Below are positions 22,001-32,602 of a stretch of DNA of 64,000 nt, one piece after another (positions within the stretch are counted from its first letter, which is position 1; each line of letters begins with the position of its first letter). The position numbers were made by a program, and so were the translations under genes. The notes beneath the pieces were generated by a model, which ran no database searches, was not told where the DNA came from, and worked only from the letters and a program-made list of their open reading frames with translations. This stretch comes from Tetramitus jugosus. Its lineage: Eukaryota; Protista; Heterolobosea. The stretch is from positions 372,001 to 436,000 of the forward strand of contig OW569361.1 of the NCBI GenBank assembly GCA_937625935.1. The letters are read 5' to 3'.

Positions 22001-23700
22001 AAACTGAGCCTGCAATCGGTCATATCGATTGCTCTCCTTCTCCTGCCTAGTTGGTGTGACAACCTCTGGTACATGCGTGTATGGATTCACCTGCTTCTTA
22101 TTTCTTGGTCTTAAACGCGTCTTAATTGGAGCTTCGCTACTACTCTCTTCTTCGTCATCATTCTCCTGCTCTTCCTCACTGAATGTGACATGTTGTGTTC
22201 GGCGAGCATACCTCTGAGCTCGAGACGATCGATTACTCCTCATGTTTCTCATCACATGTACTTCATCATCGTCTTCATCGTCTTCAGATGTATGTGAAGA
22301 TCGTCGATGTGTCACATGTCTGGTCCTGCGAGTTCGAACAACCCGTGGCTCCTCGTCCTCTTCATCAATCTCCATGGGCTCCTCCAAACCTTCCTCTTCC
22401 TCTCTCTCCTGAGTATTATCTCCTTCTGCTGTATCAGGCTCATATTCATCATCTGATGTGTTCTTTTTCCGCGTTGGCTGTTCAGGTTCCTCAGCCTCTT
22501 CAATCTCCATAGAAGAAGTTTCTTGCTCCACATGTTCGACTTGGTCCTCTTCTTGTGCTCGAGACTGAGAAGGAACATTAGCTAAGATAGGATCCTCCAT
22601 ATTATCGTAGAGTAAGCTTGAGTTGCTTGATTGAATGTTTTGTGATGCTTGATCGGATTTCTCACCCTCTGTTCTTGTCGTATCTACCGCAGCATCCTCG
22701 GAAGTGTGAGCCATGGTGGATGATGAATCAACCTCAGCAGGAACCCCTTCACCATTCTCAGTGCCTTGCTCCAGTATGCGTCCATTTGTATCACCGTTTT
22801 GGTATGTCGATGAAACGTCTGCCATATTTCTAGAACGCTTCTTCGGAGGACTCTGACTGTCCAAATTTGACTGTATATATTGTTCTTCATTCGATGGTTT
22901 TCTCTTGCGATTCGTTGTTGTTTCTGCTTCTACCTCTTCCTCTCCTTCAAGTTCAATGTCCTCTACTGAGCGCTCCTGTGGCTCGTGATCTACAGCAGCA
23001 CTGTTCAAGGTCGCTTTCCTCGCTAATGATGCTCTACCAGCACCTTTTCCATTATGGACCGTTGTATAATCGTCTTTATCAACTTGCCCATCGTCTAAAT
23101 CCTTGTAATTGATCGCTTTTCGTTGTCTAACGGGTCGAGAACTCACAACATTGACCTGATAATTGGTTGTCTCCTGTTTTTGATTTCTTCGAGCTCTCGA
23201 AATTACTTTTGTGACTGGCTCAGGAGTCTCTGGTTCATACACCTCCTCTTCTTCTTCTTGTTCATCATCGATTTCTGTATCGTCCATCTCTGCATAGGAT
23301 ATTTTCGTATGATGACGCAAATTTCGTTTACTTGCGTTCGATTCACGACTCATTCTGGCATAGGATCGATAGTTTTCATCATCAGAATTGCCGTCATCAT
23401 CACCACTGTTGCTATACCTTCTTCGACTAGATGATCTTTTAGGTGTAGTTCTCGTTCGCTGTATATTAGATAGCACATAGAGATAGAAATCATGATTTGG
23501 ATAGAATTGAGAGTGTGAGTAAGCTTTCAAAAAGAGAACGTTGCTGTTGATCAAAAAGAAAAAGGAATGATCAGTTTTTCAGAACTTACAGGTGTGGATC
23601 GAGAGCTTTTTATGTCAGGAGAAGAAGCTTCATCTTCTTCTCCATCATCCTCTTCATTGTAGTTCTTGGTTTTGTTGGCACGTCTGCGTCGAGCGGTCAT
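19009..23700 (-). CDS. ATAD2: ATAD2/Yta7 AAA+ ATPase with bromodomain, 3 exons
   Basis: IGGL..H...LKEMV.LPLLYPE, GPPGTGKT (across intron 21511-21595), FFMRKGADILSKWVGEAEKQLRLLF, DEIDGLAPVRSSKQ. First intron 23459-23589; acidic N-terminus. Confidence 0.95.
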
Positions 23701-24546
23701 ATTCTCTGTTATTGTCCAAATGGTGTCTTGTTGCTTCCGTTTTTTTGATGATTTTTTTCGTGGCGGACAAAAAGCATTCATCACAAAAATGTGCCGCATG
23801 GGAAGATGGAATAACGGTTATTCATCCAATCCATGCAAGTATTGACTACTATTCAAAAAAGTCAACTTATCCGATGGATGACTTGATTCTTTCAAGAATC
23901 CACGGATCAGGAAAACTCTTTCTTATGTTCACATTAAAGTTAGTTGAAGGATCAAATTTCCTCAAATTTGTGTTTTTGATTTTGGGGGTGTCTGGATAGC
24001 TTTCGTGAATGTTTCTTTTTGTTTCTTTGTGCAGGTCAGCAGGTTATCTGAAGGTTCGGGGTGAGTTAACTGCGAAGTAGTCCATAGTTCCACCAAGGAG
24101 ACATACTGGCAATTGGTTAGAACTCGTTACGGATTTACACTCTTTTGACATCCAATATCGTCTGTTGTGATGGACAAACTTGACACTAACACTCGAAAAT
24201 TATCCTTCAGTTTATTGTAAAAATCCAACGTCAACCTTCGACGTACCGCGGCTCTTCCAACGACGTGAATGGCCTTGCTGTGAAGAAGTACACTGAGGAG
24301 AAGTGAGTGCTCAATGATAGGAAGTGAGGGTTTGTCTCTTGGGTCGTCTGTTCTGAAACACAAAATACAAGTCCGTGGTATTGCAAGATTTCATCTTTGT
24401 CGGACCTTTTCCTTTGTAAAATAAAATTCCAAGTCGCAGAAATTCAACAAGCAAATCTCACAAACAGACGAACAAAAAAACCCGCCCAAAGAAAGCAACT
24501 CTCCCATCCTCACTGTTTCATCATTTCCATCGCTTCAAACACAACA

Positions 24547-24852
24547 ATGCGTTCCGGTTTCATCTTGCTTGCACTCATCGCCATCCTTTCCGTGATTTTC
24601 ACTCTTGCTCAAGGCTCAAAGCTTGACATGTTCGACAGAAGAGATCAATTGCTGTCAGCTAACGAATACACATTCACTAACGAGAGTACAGGAAACAGCA
24701 CTGTTTCATTGGAGACTATTGCTGAATATCAAACTGCTTTTTGGACCTCTGTGATTATGACTCTTACTATGATTGGTGCTGTTTGGTTCGTCAGCAAGAT
24801 TGACTACAGTGCAGACACCATGCTCTATGCTTCTGAATTGAACAAGGAATAA
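24547..24852 (+). CDS. Small type-I membrane protein resembling the ATP6AP2/(pro)renin receptor C-terminal segment
   Basis: Signal peptide, then IAEYQTAFWTSVIMTLTMIGAVWFVSKIDYSADTMLY, which resembles the ATP6AP2 TM plus D(S/T)(I/L)(I/L)Y tail. Confidence 0.65.
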   Translation: MRSGFILLALIAILSVIFTLAQGSKLDMFDRRDQLLSANEYTFTNESTGNSTVSLETIAEYQTAFWTSVIMTLTMIGAVWFVSKIDYSADTMLYASELNKE

Positions 24853-25050
24853 ATTAAAGCACTTCATTTTTTTGTCCATTTGTAAAATAGCATATTGCTG
24901 ACCTTGTTCTCCCAGAAAGCATGTAAGGTGTTGAATTGGAACGAAAAACGATTGAATATTATGTCCGCTTGTTGGAAGCTTGGGGTGAACTTGAAATCAC
25001 AAAAACCAAAAACACACCAAACCTCTATCCTGCGCTCACAGATCACACAC

Positions 25051-25509
25051 ATGTCACTCTACAAACAGATTGTAATTGAAGACCCAAGTCAGTTCGACAG
25101 CATTGTCAGCCAATACGAAAACAATGACCAGTACAAGGCTGTTCTCGTCTACGTTACAGGATCCTTAGACTCAACAAGTGGAAAGAGTTGGTGCCCTGAT
25201 TGTGTTGTCAGTGAGCCAATTATCAAGTTCATGTTCGAGCAAATTGAAGAAGATTTGGAAAATGATGGTGTTGGTGTGCCTGAAACTCCACAGATTGCTT
25301 TCATCAAGTGCCCTGTTGTCAGAGAGCCTTACAAGAAGCCTGATTTTGTCTATCGTACTCATTCAAAGTTGCAGATCCGTTCGATCCCTACATTGATTTT
25401 GTGGTCTGCTGATACCAACTATCGCATGAGAATTATTGAGGGTCAGTTCAGAGACAGTTCAGCCGTATTGAACTTTGGAAAGAAGATTTTCACTATGTTG
25501 ACTAATTAG
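25051..25509 (+). CDS. TXNDC17: Thioredoxin-related protein TRP14
   Basis: TGS.D..SGKSWCPDCV.SEP and LQIRSIPTLI motifs. Confidence 0.9.
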   Translation: MSLYKQIVIEDPSQFDSIVSQYENNDQYKAVLVYVTGSLDSTSGKSWCPDCVVSEPIIKFMFEQIEEDLENDGVGVPETPQIAFIKCPVVREPYKKPDFVYRTHSKLQIRSIPTLILWSADTNYRMRIIEGQFRDSSAVLNFGKKIFTMLTN

Positions 25510-26714
25510 ACAATGTTTAGTTGAATATCATCATTTTGGAGTGTTTTCTGCTTTTTCTTGTTGCTGTTCTTTTGTGTTGAAGCTTGTTGTTGATCTGGTT
25601 CGTGATTGTCGTTGTTCGTGGCATCGGTGCTGCTGGTAGGATTGTTGTAGAGTCCTTTCAACAGACTAAGAGCATCAGACATTCCATTGTTCAGTGACAC
25701 TTCGCGCTCTCTCTTTCTTTTCTTGTCCTGAAGCTTGTGTTTCATCCGAGAACCGTCTGAATGAGCAATTTCCATGTAGCGCCTTCTGTTTTGTTGCATG
25801 CGAAGTTGTTCCTCACTGTTTAGCTCTTTCTTTGCTTGACGAAGCAACTTGTTGTCTTTCGAGCTTGATAGAGTGTTATCCTTACTATTTGCTTGTTTCT
25901 CTAAGCGTGCTTCCCGCATTTCCTCGAATAGAGCATACAACCATTCGTACAATGTCTTGTTTTCGCCCTTCACACACAGGAAACTAGCCAATATCTGTGT
26001 ACATCGATAACCAACAAAACTATCCATTGCAGCGTAGTGAATCATAGATTCATGTCTTTGCACATCGAGCTTTGACCATTGCACACCACGATGTGTTCTG
26101 CTATAGGTCAATCCGATTAATCTCTTAGCGAAATCCTTCAGAGAAATGAAGCTTCCAGAGAGAACACCTTGCTGAACAGACAAGAAACTCAGATCAACAT
26201 CACCGCGCAACCGAATCTGAAAACTACGCTGCAAATTTTGTGCATCCGACTTTACACCAACACCCGTTTTCAATATGCGACCATCTTCCAGTAATTTCTG
26301 TAGCTCTCTCGGGAAAATGGATTTTCCACTGTACATTTTCTGCAGCAAAAACACAATGGACAAGAAACGAGTTGACAATTGAACGGAAGCAACTTTGCCT
26401 CGATCAGATTCCGTATCGAAACCAAACACAAAGCTCTCAGTGCTTGTTTCGTTTTCTTCGAGGTACATTTTTCTGAGATAACGCAAGCTCTGTGCTACAG
26501 CTTCATCCCCACCACCAACCACAGTCACAATCAGTGGTTTTTCATTCCAATTCTCCGATGTTAGCAAAGTAAAGTGACTTGCTTTGCTAGAGGTGTCTTT
26601 GATGATGGTTTTCAATAACTTTTCACAAGAATCAGAAATGGTCTCATCCATCATGTCATCACTATTCTCATCCTTGCTTATCATTCTTGTTTCTTCCTTC
26701 TGTTCTCCTTTCAT
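25506..26714 (-). CDS. DEDDy 3'-5' exonuclease (WRN/EXD-like)
   Basis: ExoI GFDTE, VQLS, LLED..ILKTGVGVKSD (ExoII), SLKDF, W...HYAAMDS (ExoIII). Confidence 0.88.
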   Translation of the reverse strand: MKGEQKEETRMISKDENSDDMMDETISDSCEKLLKTIIKDTSSKASHFTLLTSENWNEKPLIVTVVGGGDEAVAQSLRYLRKMYLEENETSTESFVFGFDTESDRGKVASVQLSTRFLSIVFLLQKMYSGKSIFPRELQKLLEDGRILKTGVGVKSDAQNLQRSFQIRLRGDVDLSFLSVQQGVLSGSFISLKDFAKRLIGLTYSRTHRGVQWSKLDVQRHESMIHYAAMDSFVGYRCTQILASFLCVKGENKTLYEWLYALFEEMREARLEKQANSKDNTLSSSKDNKLLRQAKKELNSEEQLRMQQNRRRYMEIAHSDGSRMKHKLQDKKRKREREVSLNNGMSDALSLLKGLYNNPTSSTDATNNDNHEPDQQQASTQKNSNKKKQKTLQNDDIQLNIV

Positions 26715-26810
26715 GACGCTTTGCTTTTCTGTTGTTTGAATTCTCTTTTCTCCGATGAACCAATTTCCACCAAAAAATTGACAAAAAAACGGAAAAAACA
26801 CTTTGCTACA

Positions 26811-28691
26811 ATGAGCACCAACATGATGGCATCCAGTGATACAACAATGATCATGCTTGATTATTTGTTGTACATTGGTGATATTCAAACCATCAATTCA
26901 CTCGCCATCAACGCACATCACTTGTTTCAACCCAAAGCTTCAACAACGACCAACAAAAACAACAATACACTTTTAGCTAATGATAGTGATCATCATCATC
27001 ATCAAAATGAGTACCTCAAGTGTCGTTTTTGTCTTCAAATGATCAGAGCTTGCTTATCATCAAATAACAACAACAACAACACTACCACTTCTACTTCTAC
27101 TACAGAAAAATCATCATCATCATCAACAACAACATGTTCTCATCTCATACAACATGTCATTTCACCACTTGAATTCCTCATTGATCAATTACCATCCATG
27201 AACAATCATCACTTCCCATCCACCACTATCACCACTACCACTACTACTACCACTCATACTACAACAAATAAAGAAAATGAACAACGAGTGATGAGAAACA
27301 GGAAATGGGGCATGAATTTGGCTGCCATTATTGATCAAATTCAATCACTGAATCATACAACTACGATTGCAAGTGATAATGAAGAGTTGACTATAGTAAA
27401 GAGAGATACACTTGCAGTACAGTTGTTGTCAATTCTGGATGAAATTGAATCCGAATTGCCAAAACCATTGTTGGCACTTGTTTCAAATGATTTGAACACT
27501 GGTCTGTACACTCCTGGACAATTCACTACTACTACTATTGCTACTACTGCTACTACTACGATGGCAACAACTGAAAATATCACACATGATGATGAACAAC
27601 ATCTACCTCGAGATTCATCACGAAAAGCAGTAACATCATCATCATCATCATCTCACTCGGACAAGCAACAGAAACAAAACCAACAAGACACAGAGGAGGA
27701 ACAACAACAGGTTGAAGAAGAACAACAGAAAGAAGATGTAGAATATGTAGTGTTGGATGATGAACAAGAAGCAGAGGATGTTCAAGAGAGTAACAATCAA
27801 AGTAGAGAAGAGTCTGCTGCTGCTGCTGTTGCTGTTGCTGAGAAGACTAGAGCACAGAAACGAACAAGATTGGCTCAACAAGGTCATCATGCTGAGCAGG
27901 AAGAAGAGGAAAGAGAAGCGAGTTCTCCTGTAATTGGCGGAGAAGCAGACAGTGATGAGAGTGATGGAGAGAGCGATTCGGATATTGAAATTGAATTGGA
28001 TCTTGAGATTCAACAGTCTGAGCAGCAGCAACCACAGCTACAACAGCAGAGCAAGAAGCAAATCTCTTATCCATGGACTCATAGGAATCATGGAAAGCGC
28101 CATCGTGATGATGACGATGTTATTGATGATGACGAAGAAGAAGAGGAGCGGAGAGAGAATCGTCAGCCTGTGCGCCTTCAATCCAAGAAGTATCACGCAC
28201 ATGCACGCGATGTGCCACAACAGCAACAACAACATAAGCCCAACAAAGGAGCTCAATACTCTTTTAAGCCATTGTTTGACTCACCAGATGACACAACAAG
28301 GTCGAATGCAGCAACAACTGGCTCAAATCGGGGAGATTCATTGGGACGTAGACTTGGATTATCCACTGGCAGCAACAGTAGAGGTGCCGCCAGTAGCAGT
28401 CGGGATACAGGCGCATCTCGAGCCACTGTTCCAGCGAAGCGCAAGAGAGATGATGATACGCCTGTGCATTTAGGCAAGTCACCTTCAGATAGTCTATCTG
28501 CTCTCGCAGCATCGGCAGGAAAGAAGAAGAGATCGAGAAACTTTTGGACACAGCAAGAAGAAGAGAATTTGATCGAAGGTATTCGGCAGTTTGGTGTCGG
28601 TCGATGGTCCGAAATTCTGAGTCGATATCAGTTCAATCCATGCCGAGATGCCACAGCACTCAGAGACAAGTGGCGAAACATTACCAAATAA
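26811..28691 (+). CDS. Telobox single-Myb protein (TRF-like telomere repeat-binding factor)
   Basis: C-terminal WTQQEEENLIEGIRQFGVGRWSEIL...RDATALRDKWRNI (telobox LKDKWRN) after a long low-complexity linker. Confidence 0.85.
   Translation: MSTNMMASSDTTMIMLDYLLYIGDIQTINSLAINAHHLFQPKASTTTNKNNNTLLANDSDHHHHQNEYLKCRFCLQMIRACLSSNNNNNNTTTSTSTTEKSSSSSTTTCSHLIQHVISPLEFLIDQLPSMNNHHFPSTTITTTTTTTTHTTTNKENEQRVMRNRKWGMNLAAIIDQIQSLNHTTTIASDNEELTIVKRDTLAVQLLSILDEIESELPKPLLALVSNDLNTGLYTPGQFTTTTIATTATTTMATTENITHDDEQHLPRDSSRKAVTSSSSSSHSDKQQKQNQQDTEEEQQQVEEEQQKEDVEYVVLDDEQEAEDVQESNNQSREESAAAAVAVAEKTRAQKRTRLAQQGHHAEQEEEEREASSPVIGGEADSDESDGESDSDIEIELDLEIQQSEQQQPQLQQQSKKQISYPWTHRNHGKRHRDDDDVIDDDEEEEERRENRQPVRLQSKKYHAHARDVPQQQQQHKPNKGAQYSFKPLFDSPDDTTRSNAATTGSNRGDSLGRRLGLSTGSNSRGAASSSRDTGASRATVPAKRKRDDDTPVHLGKSPSDSLSALAASAGKKKRSRNFWTQQEEENLIEGIRQFGVGRWSEILSRYQFNPCRDATALRDKWRNITK
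26990..27270. repeat. Trinucleotide microsatellite-rich coding tract (CAT/CAA/ACT)
   Basis: Runs encoding poly-H, N, T and S in the TRF-like gene. Confidence 0.7.
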
Positions 28692-28735
28692 ATACTCGTA
28701 ATAGAAAGTTTATCAATTAAAGTAGCTACTTTAAT

Positions 28736-29629
28736 TTAGTGCTCTTCCTCCACGACAATGTTTGCGCCATAGTGTCGCAGACTCTCCTTCTCCAAAAAGT
28801 GAACATCCTTGCTGACAATGACCAAACTGTGCAATGGACCTCCCCATTCTTCCTCAGTCATATCGTGCAACAATTCCTTCAATGCTCCAGCCTTGATGAG
28901 CTCACCCTTTGATTCCTCAGTTTCCTTGCATCCGACACGTGCCAACCCGACAAAATATGTCTCATCCGTAATAATACCCTTCTGATGCTTTTGCTCACAT
29001 TGGACCAATTGATCCAACGCTTCCCGAATCGTCATAAATCGAGGTGGCAAAAATGTCTTGATTTTTCCACCGCTGCACATATTCTCCTGAGTCGGTTCCT
29101 TGACCTTAATGTCCAACAGACACAACGTGTGCAATCCAATGCTCTCATTCTTGACAATCTTTTCATAGTAAGAATCCGGTTGCCACTCATCTGTCCAAAA
29201 ACACAATGAAACTGTTTGTCCAAACTTGTACAGTTGCAGACCACACACTGCCACTGCATTCATAATGCTTGCATTATGAACAATCTCCACTGGAATATTC
29301 ATCTCTCTCGCACGAATCACAAGATCCGTATGAGTCGTCGCACCAAACGGATCACCAACCACTAGGAAAGCCACGTGAAAGTCCTTTGCCTTCTCAAGAA
29401 TGAGTCGTTCGACACGTTGTTCAACATCTTCTCTGTCGGCAACAACGACAGTAGCCTTTGTCGATGTTTTGGATTGGTAGTATGATGTGAGTTCGTTGGC
29501 AGAAATGTTGGGCAGCAGAGAAGTGTAGGATTCGAGGTAAATGTGATCACATTTTTCAACGCATTCGAGACCACGGACGGTAATGTCACTGGGGGAACCG
29601 AGACCAAGACCAATAATATAGAGAACCAT
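28736..29629 (-). CDS. DPH5: Diphthine methyl ester synthase
   Basis: MVLYIIGLGLG, YLESYTS, FLVVGDPFGATTHTDL, HNASIMNAV, GLQLYKFGQTVS, GLHTLCLLDIKVKE, GGPLHSLVI. Confidence 0.97.
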   Translation of the reverse strand: MVLYIIGLGLGSPSDITVRGLECVEKCDHIYLESYTSLLPNISANELTSYYQSKTSTKATVVVADREDVEQRVERLILEKAKDFHVAFLVVGDPFGATTHTDLVIRAREMNIPVEIVHNASIMNAVAVCGLQLYKFGQTVSLCFWTDEWQPDSYYEKIVKNESIGLHTLCLLDIKVKEPTQENMCSGGKIKTFLPPRFMTIREALDQLVQCEQKHQKGIITDETYFVGLARVGCKETEESKGELIKAGALKELLHDMTEEEWGGPLHSLVIVSKDVHFLEKESLRHYGANIVVEEEH

Positions 29630-29695
29630 TTTGAGCTTTTTTGTGTTGTTGTTGTTTGTTGTTTGATTTTTTTTGTTGTGTGTGAATGGAATTTT

Positions 29696-29705
29696 TTTGG
29701 CGCGG
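29696..29705. promoter_or_regulatory. E2F-like element TTTGGCGCGG upstream of DPH5
   Basis: Exact TTTSSCGC match about 70 bp upstream of the ATG; related motifs recur in other intergenic gaps. Confidence 0.4.
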
Positions 29706-29767
29706 TAATGTTTTGGTTGAAGCTTCAACAAGAGTGGATGGCGCAGTTTACGATTGTTGTGTGGTGT

Positions 29768-32602
29768 TTAGTAGCCTTCGAAGAAGCTGACCACGGTTTC
29801 AACGCCCTTCTCTGGATTGCCCATGACGAGCATGTAGACTCCGGGATAGAGCTTCTCGGCGGTTGCCATCAGTACGTGCAGTTCACTCTTTTTCATGTCT
29901 TCGGTCATGGATCCACCTCTTGCTGTTTTCAGATCATTGACGAGGAACGCCAGAATTCGCCTCTTGAGTTCCTTCATGTTCCATCCGTTTGATCTCTGTG
30001 TGTTGCTCAATTGGAATTCATCACTCTGTAGTGAGGCCAACCGCGTACAGTCAACGAGTTTTGGTTCCACGACTCCAATAAACTTACATACAGTCAGTGC
30101 TCTTCGATTTAAGATTCTGACCCATTCTTGAATATATCCCAGGCGTAACTCAGCGTCTACATAGCCACATATAGAGAGATCCTTGATTAACAAGTTTACA
30201 GAGTAGCAGGCTCGATTATGCTTCGTGAAAGAACTCTTAATCTTGTCCGAATGGGCAGAATCTGGTCCAGCTTTCTCATTTCCGAGAACAGCAAGGTTGT
30301 TCCGCAATGGTGAATGAATACTCGGAGTCTGGTTGGTAAAGTAGTCTCTCTTGAGGATGGAGAAGAACGCATATTGCGTAAAACTATAGACCAACTTATT
30401 ATGTACATCAATGACACTCACGGGGAACTTTCCGCTGAGCACAGAGGAGCTTGGAACGAGGAATTTAAGGACAGCCTCACTAGTTACAGAAGTAGGGGCA
30501 GTGGAGCTAGTAGTTGATGTCGCATATGGATGTGTTGAATTATATACAATTCCTTGGACATGGAGTTCAGGAGTAAATTTGTTACCAATAGAAGCTGATC
30601 TACATAACTTTGCCTCTCTGGGTAACAAGAAGCAACTTAAGGTATTCACCCACATATTAACCTCCTCAATCTGTGACTCTGGTCCAATGACAACAGAATA
30701 CCCATGCGTTTCCAAGTGACTCGTAATAGCCTTCTGTAAAAACTCTAAAGAAGCTGAGTTGCTTACATGATTGATAAAGTTGCGTCCAAACACAGTTTCA
30801 TGAGCAGTGAACGGTCGCAAACCACCTCGGAATAAGGTGTCAAACATTCCCACAAACTCGATGAGACGAATCTCAAACTGAGAGAGAATGAACTGTGGTC
30901 CCGGATTCTCGATATAATAGTGATTCGACATGTGATAACTATTGGTGAATGTACTGCCAACACTCATGTTAGTCATAGTATTGTCAGAAGTGGTGCTTGC
31001 CAGTGAACTGCCCCGCTGTAGTGGCATTATCCGCCCAATAGTCATTAGTAAACTTCCTGATGAGCTTGCTGACTTCTTGGGCAAACTATGTTGATGAGAT
31101 AATGAAGGACTCGACCTACTTCCCACTAGAGGTGGCTTCTGCCAGTTAGACTCTTGTTGAAGTGATGATTGAATGATACGCGTCAGTGTGACCACTCTCT
31201 GTTTGATAATCTCGTGCATGCTCAAATACTTGCTCAACTGCGTCCGACTCATGACAATATTAATGGTATACACAGTGTTCGCATAACTCCTTAGCATCTG
31301 ATTGTACAAGCGACCGATAAATACACTGGTCAACACGATAATATTCATATCGTTCAAAACATTGAACTTTAGTTCAACACCACCTGGGGATGAAGCAATC
31401 TGATCTTCTCTCGACAGTTCATCAATCAGCGTAAACCTCGTAATAAATAATATGAGTTCTTGGTCCAATGCTGATACGTGCTTCTTTGCATGCCACACTT
31501 GAATTGGTTTCGGTCCAAGTGTGTTATCCCAACACGAAACAATCACTCCCAACAAAAAAGGTGTCTGTAATCTTGTTTTGGCTGAGAATTCAAACGGACA
31601 ATTGGATTGCTCAGTCAGACAGGATTCTTCTTCATCTTCTTCCTCGTCATCCAACTCGTTCGTTGTTCCATTCCTTCTCCTGAACAGTCTCCTATCTTCT
31701 TCATAGTCATCATCATCAAATTCCTCACCATCTTCCTCGTCATCCTCTTCATCCTCTTCTTCATAACCGTCCTCATCATCTTCTTCGTCATAGGAATCAG
31801 TGCGTTGTTTATCCAAATCTGAGGCACGAATCATGTGATGATGAACATGAGGTAACCGAAGTTTTGAAATCATGGTTCCATCTGGCGATTGATGGTCATT
31901 AATGCTGTTATTGTTGCTGTTAATAGTAGTACCACTGACATTGTCAACACTATGATCCACTTCTGAGATGATATCACTCTGGATCACATTTCTCAGTGAA
32001 GTTGTCGTTGGAGTCAGGTGTGATGTTCGATAATCATATTCATCAATCAATGAGTCACCTTCTTCTTCCTCGTCATCATCTTCATACTCTGCATCGTCAT
32101 CATCCTCTCCATGCTGTTCATGTGTCGGAGAAAGTGCACTCGACGTATTGACGGTCGTAGTAGTAGGATCATTGGAATGATTCATTGTTTCGTCATCTTC
32201 ATTCTTGTTATTTTCGATAAGTGCTGCACTCGCACTACTACTACCATCTTCAGCATCATTATTGTTATGATTCGCATTTGGTTGTTGCAAAGGTGATTTT
32301 GCATTGTTTTTTTTGGAGAGTGCTTTTCGTTTTTTGCGTCGCACATTGGTCTGCAGATGCGGTGGCAATGGAGATTGAGCACCAAGTCTCGTTCGTTGTT
32401 GTTCCAATTGTAACGTTCGTCTTCTTCCACTGTTTTCTGCATTGTTTGATGAAGATGACGACGAGGATAATGTTGTTGATTGCTGATGTTGTTGATGAAG
32501 AAATGTGGAAGGAGTGGTTGGTGTGTTGTTGGCACTGCTGTTGTTGCTACTGTTCTCACCACTGCCACTGTCAGTGTATCCAATGTGAGTGTACCAGTGC
32601 AT
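29768..32602 (-). CDS. C9orf72: C9orf72-like longin/DENN protein with long acidic N-terminal extension
   Basis: VSCWDNTLGPKPIQVW (cf. C9orf72 WDNILGP), ELKFNVL, FLQKAITSHLETHG.SVVIG, LSCFL, PELHVQG, AEKLYPG. Confidence 0.8.
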   Translation of the reverse strand: MHWYTHIGYTDSGSGENSSNNSSANNTPTTPSTFLHQQHQQSTTLSSSSSSSNNAENSGRRRTLQLEQQRTRLGAQSPLPPHLQTNVRRKKRKALSKKNNAKSPLQQPNANHNNNDAEDGSSSASAALIENNKNEDDETMNHSNDPTTTTVNTSSALSPTHEQHGEDDDDAEYEDDDEEEEGDSLIDEYDYRTSHLTPTTTSLRNVIQSDIISEVDHSVDNVSGTTINSNNNSINDHQSPDGTMISKLRLPHVHHHMIRASDLDKQRTDSYDEEDDEDGYEEEDEEDDEEDGEEFDDDDYEEDRRLFRRRNGTTNELDDEEEDEEESCLTEQSNCPFEFSAKTRLQTPFLLGVIVSCWDNTLGPKPIQVWHAKKHVSALDQELILFITRFTLIDELSREDQIASSPGGVELKFNVLNDMNIIVLTSVFIGRLYNQMLRSYANTVYTINIVMSRTQLSKYLSMHEIIKQRVVTLTRIIQSSLQQESNWQKPPLVGSRSSPSLSHQHSLPKKSASSSGSLLMTIGRIMPLQRGSSLASTTSDNTMTNMSVGSTFTNSYHMSNHYYIENPGPQFILSQFEIRLIEFVGMFDTLFRGGLRPFTAHETVFGRNFINHVSNSASLEFLQKAITSHLETHGYSVVIGPESQIEEVNMWVNTLSCFLLPREAKLCRSASIGNKFTPELHVQGIVYNSTHPYATSTTSSTAPTSVTSEAVLKFLVPSSSVLSGKFPVSVIDVHNKLVYSFTQYAFFSILKRDYFTNQTPSIHSPLRNNLAVLGNEKAGPDSAHSDKIKSSFTKHNRACYSVNLLIKDLSICGYVDAELRLGYIQEWVRILNRRALTVCKFIGVVEPKLVDCTRLASLQSDEFQLSNTQRSNGWNMKELKRRILAFLVNDLKTARGGSMTEDMKKSELHVLMATAEKLYPGVYMLVMGNPEKGVETVVSFFEGY

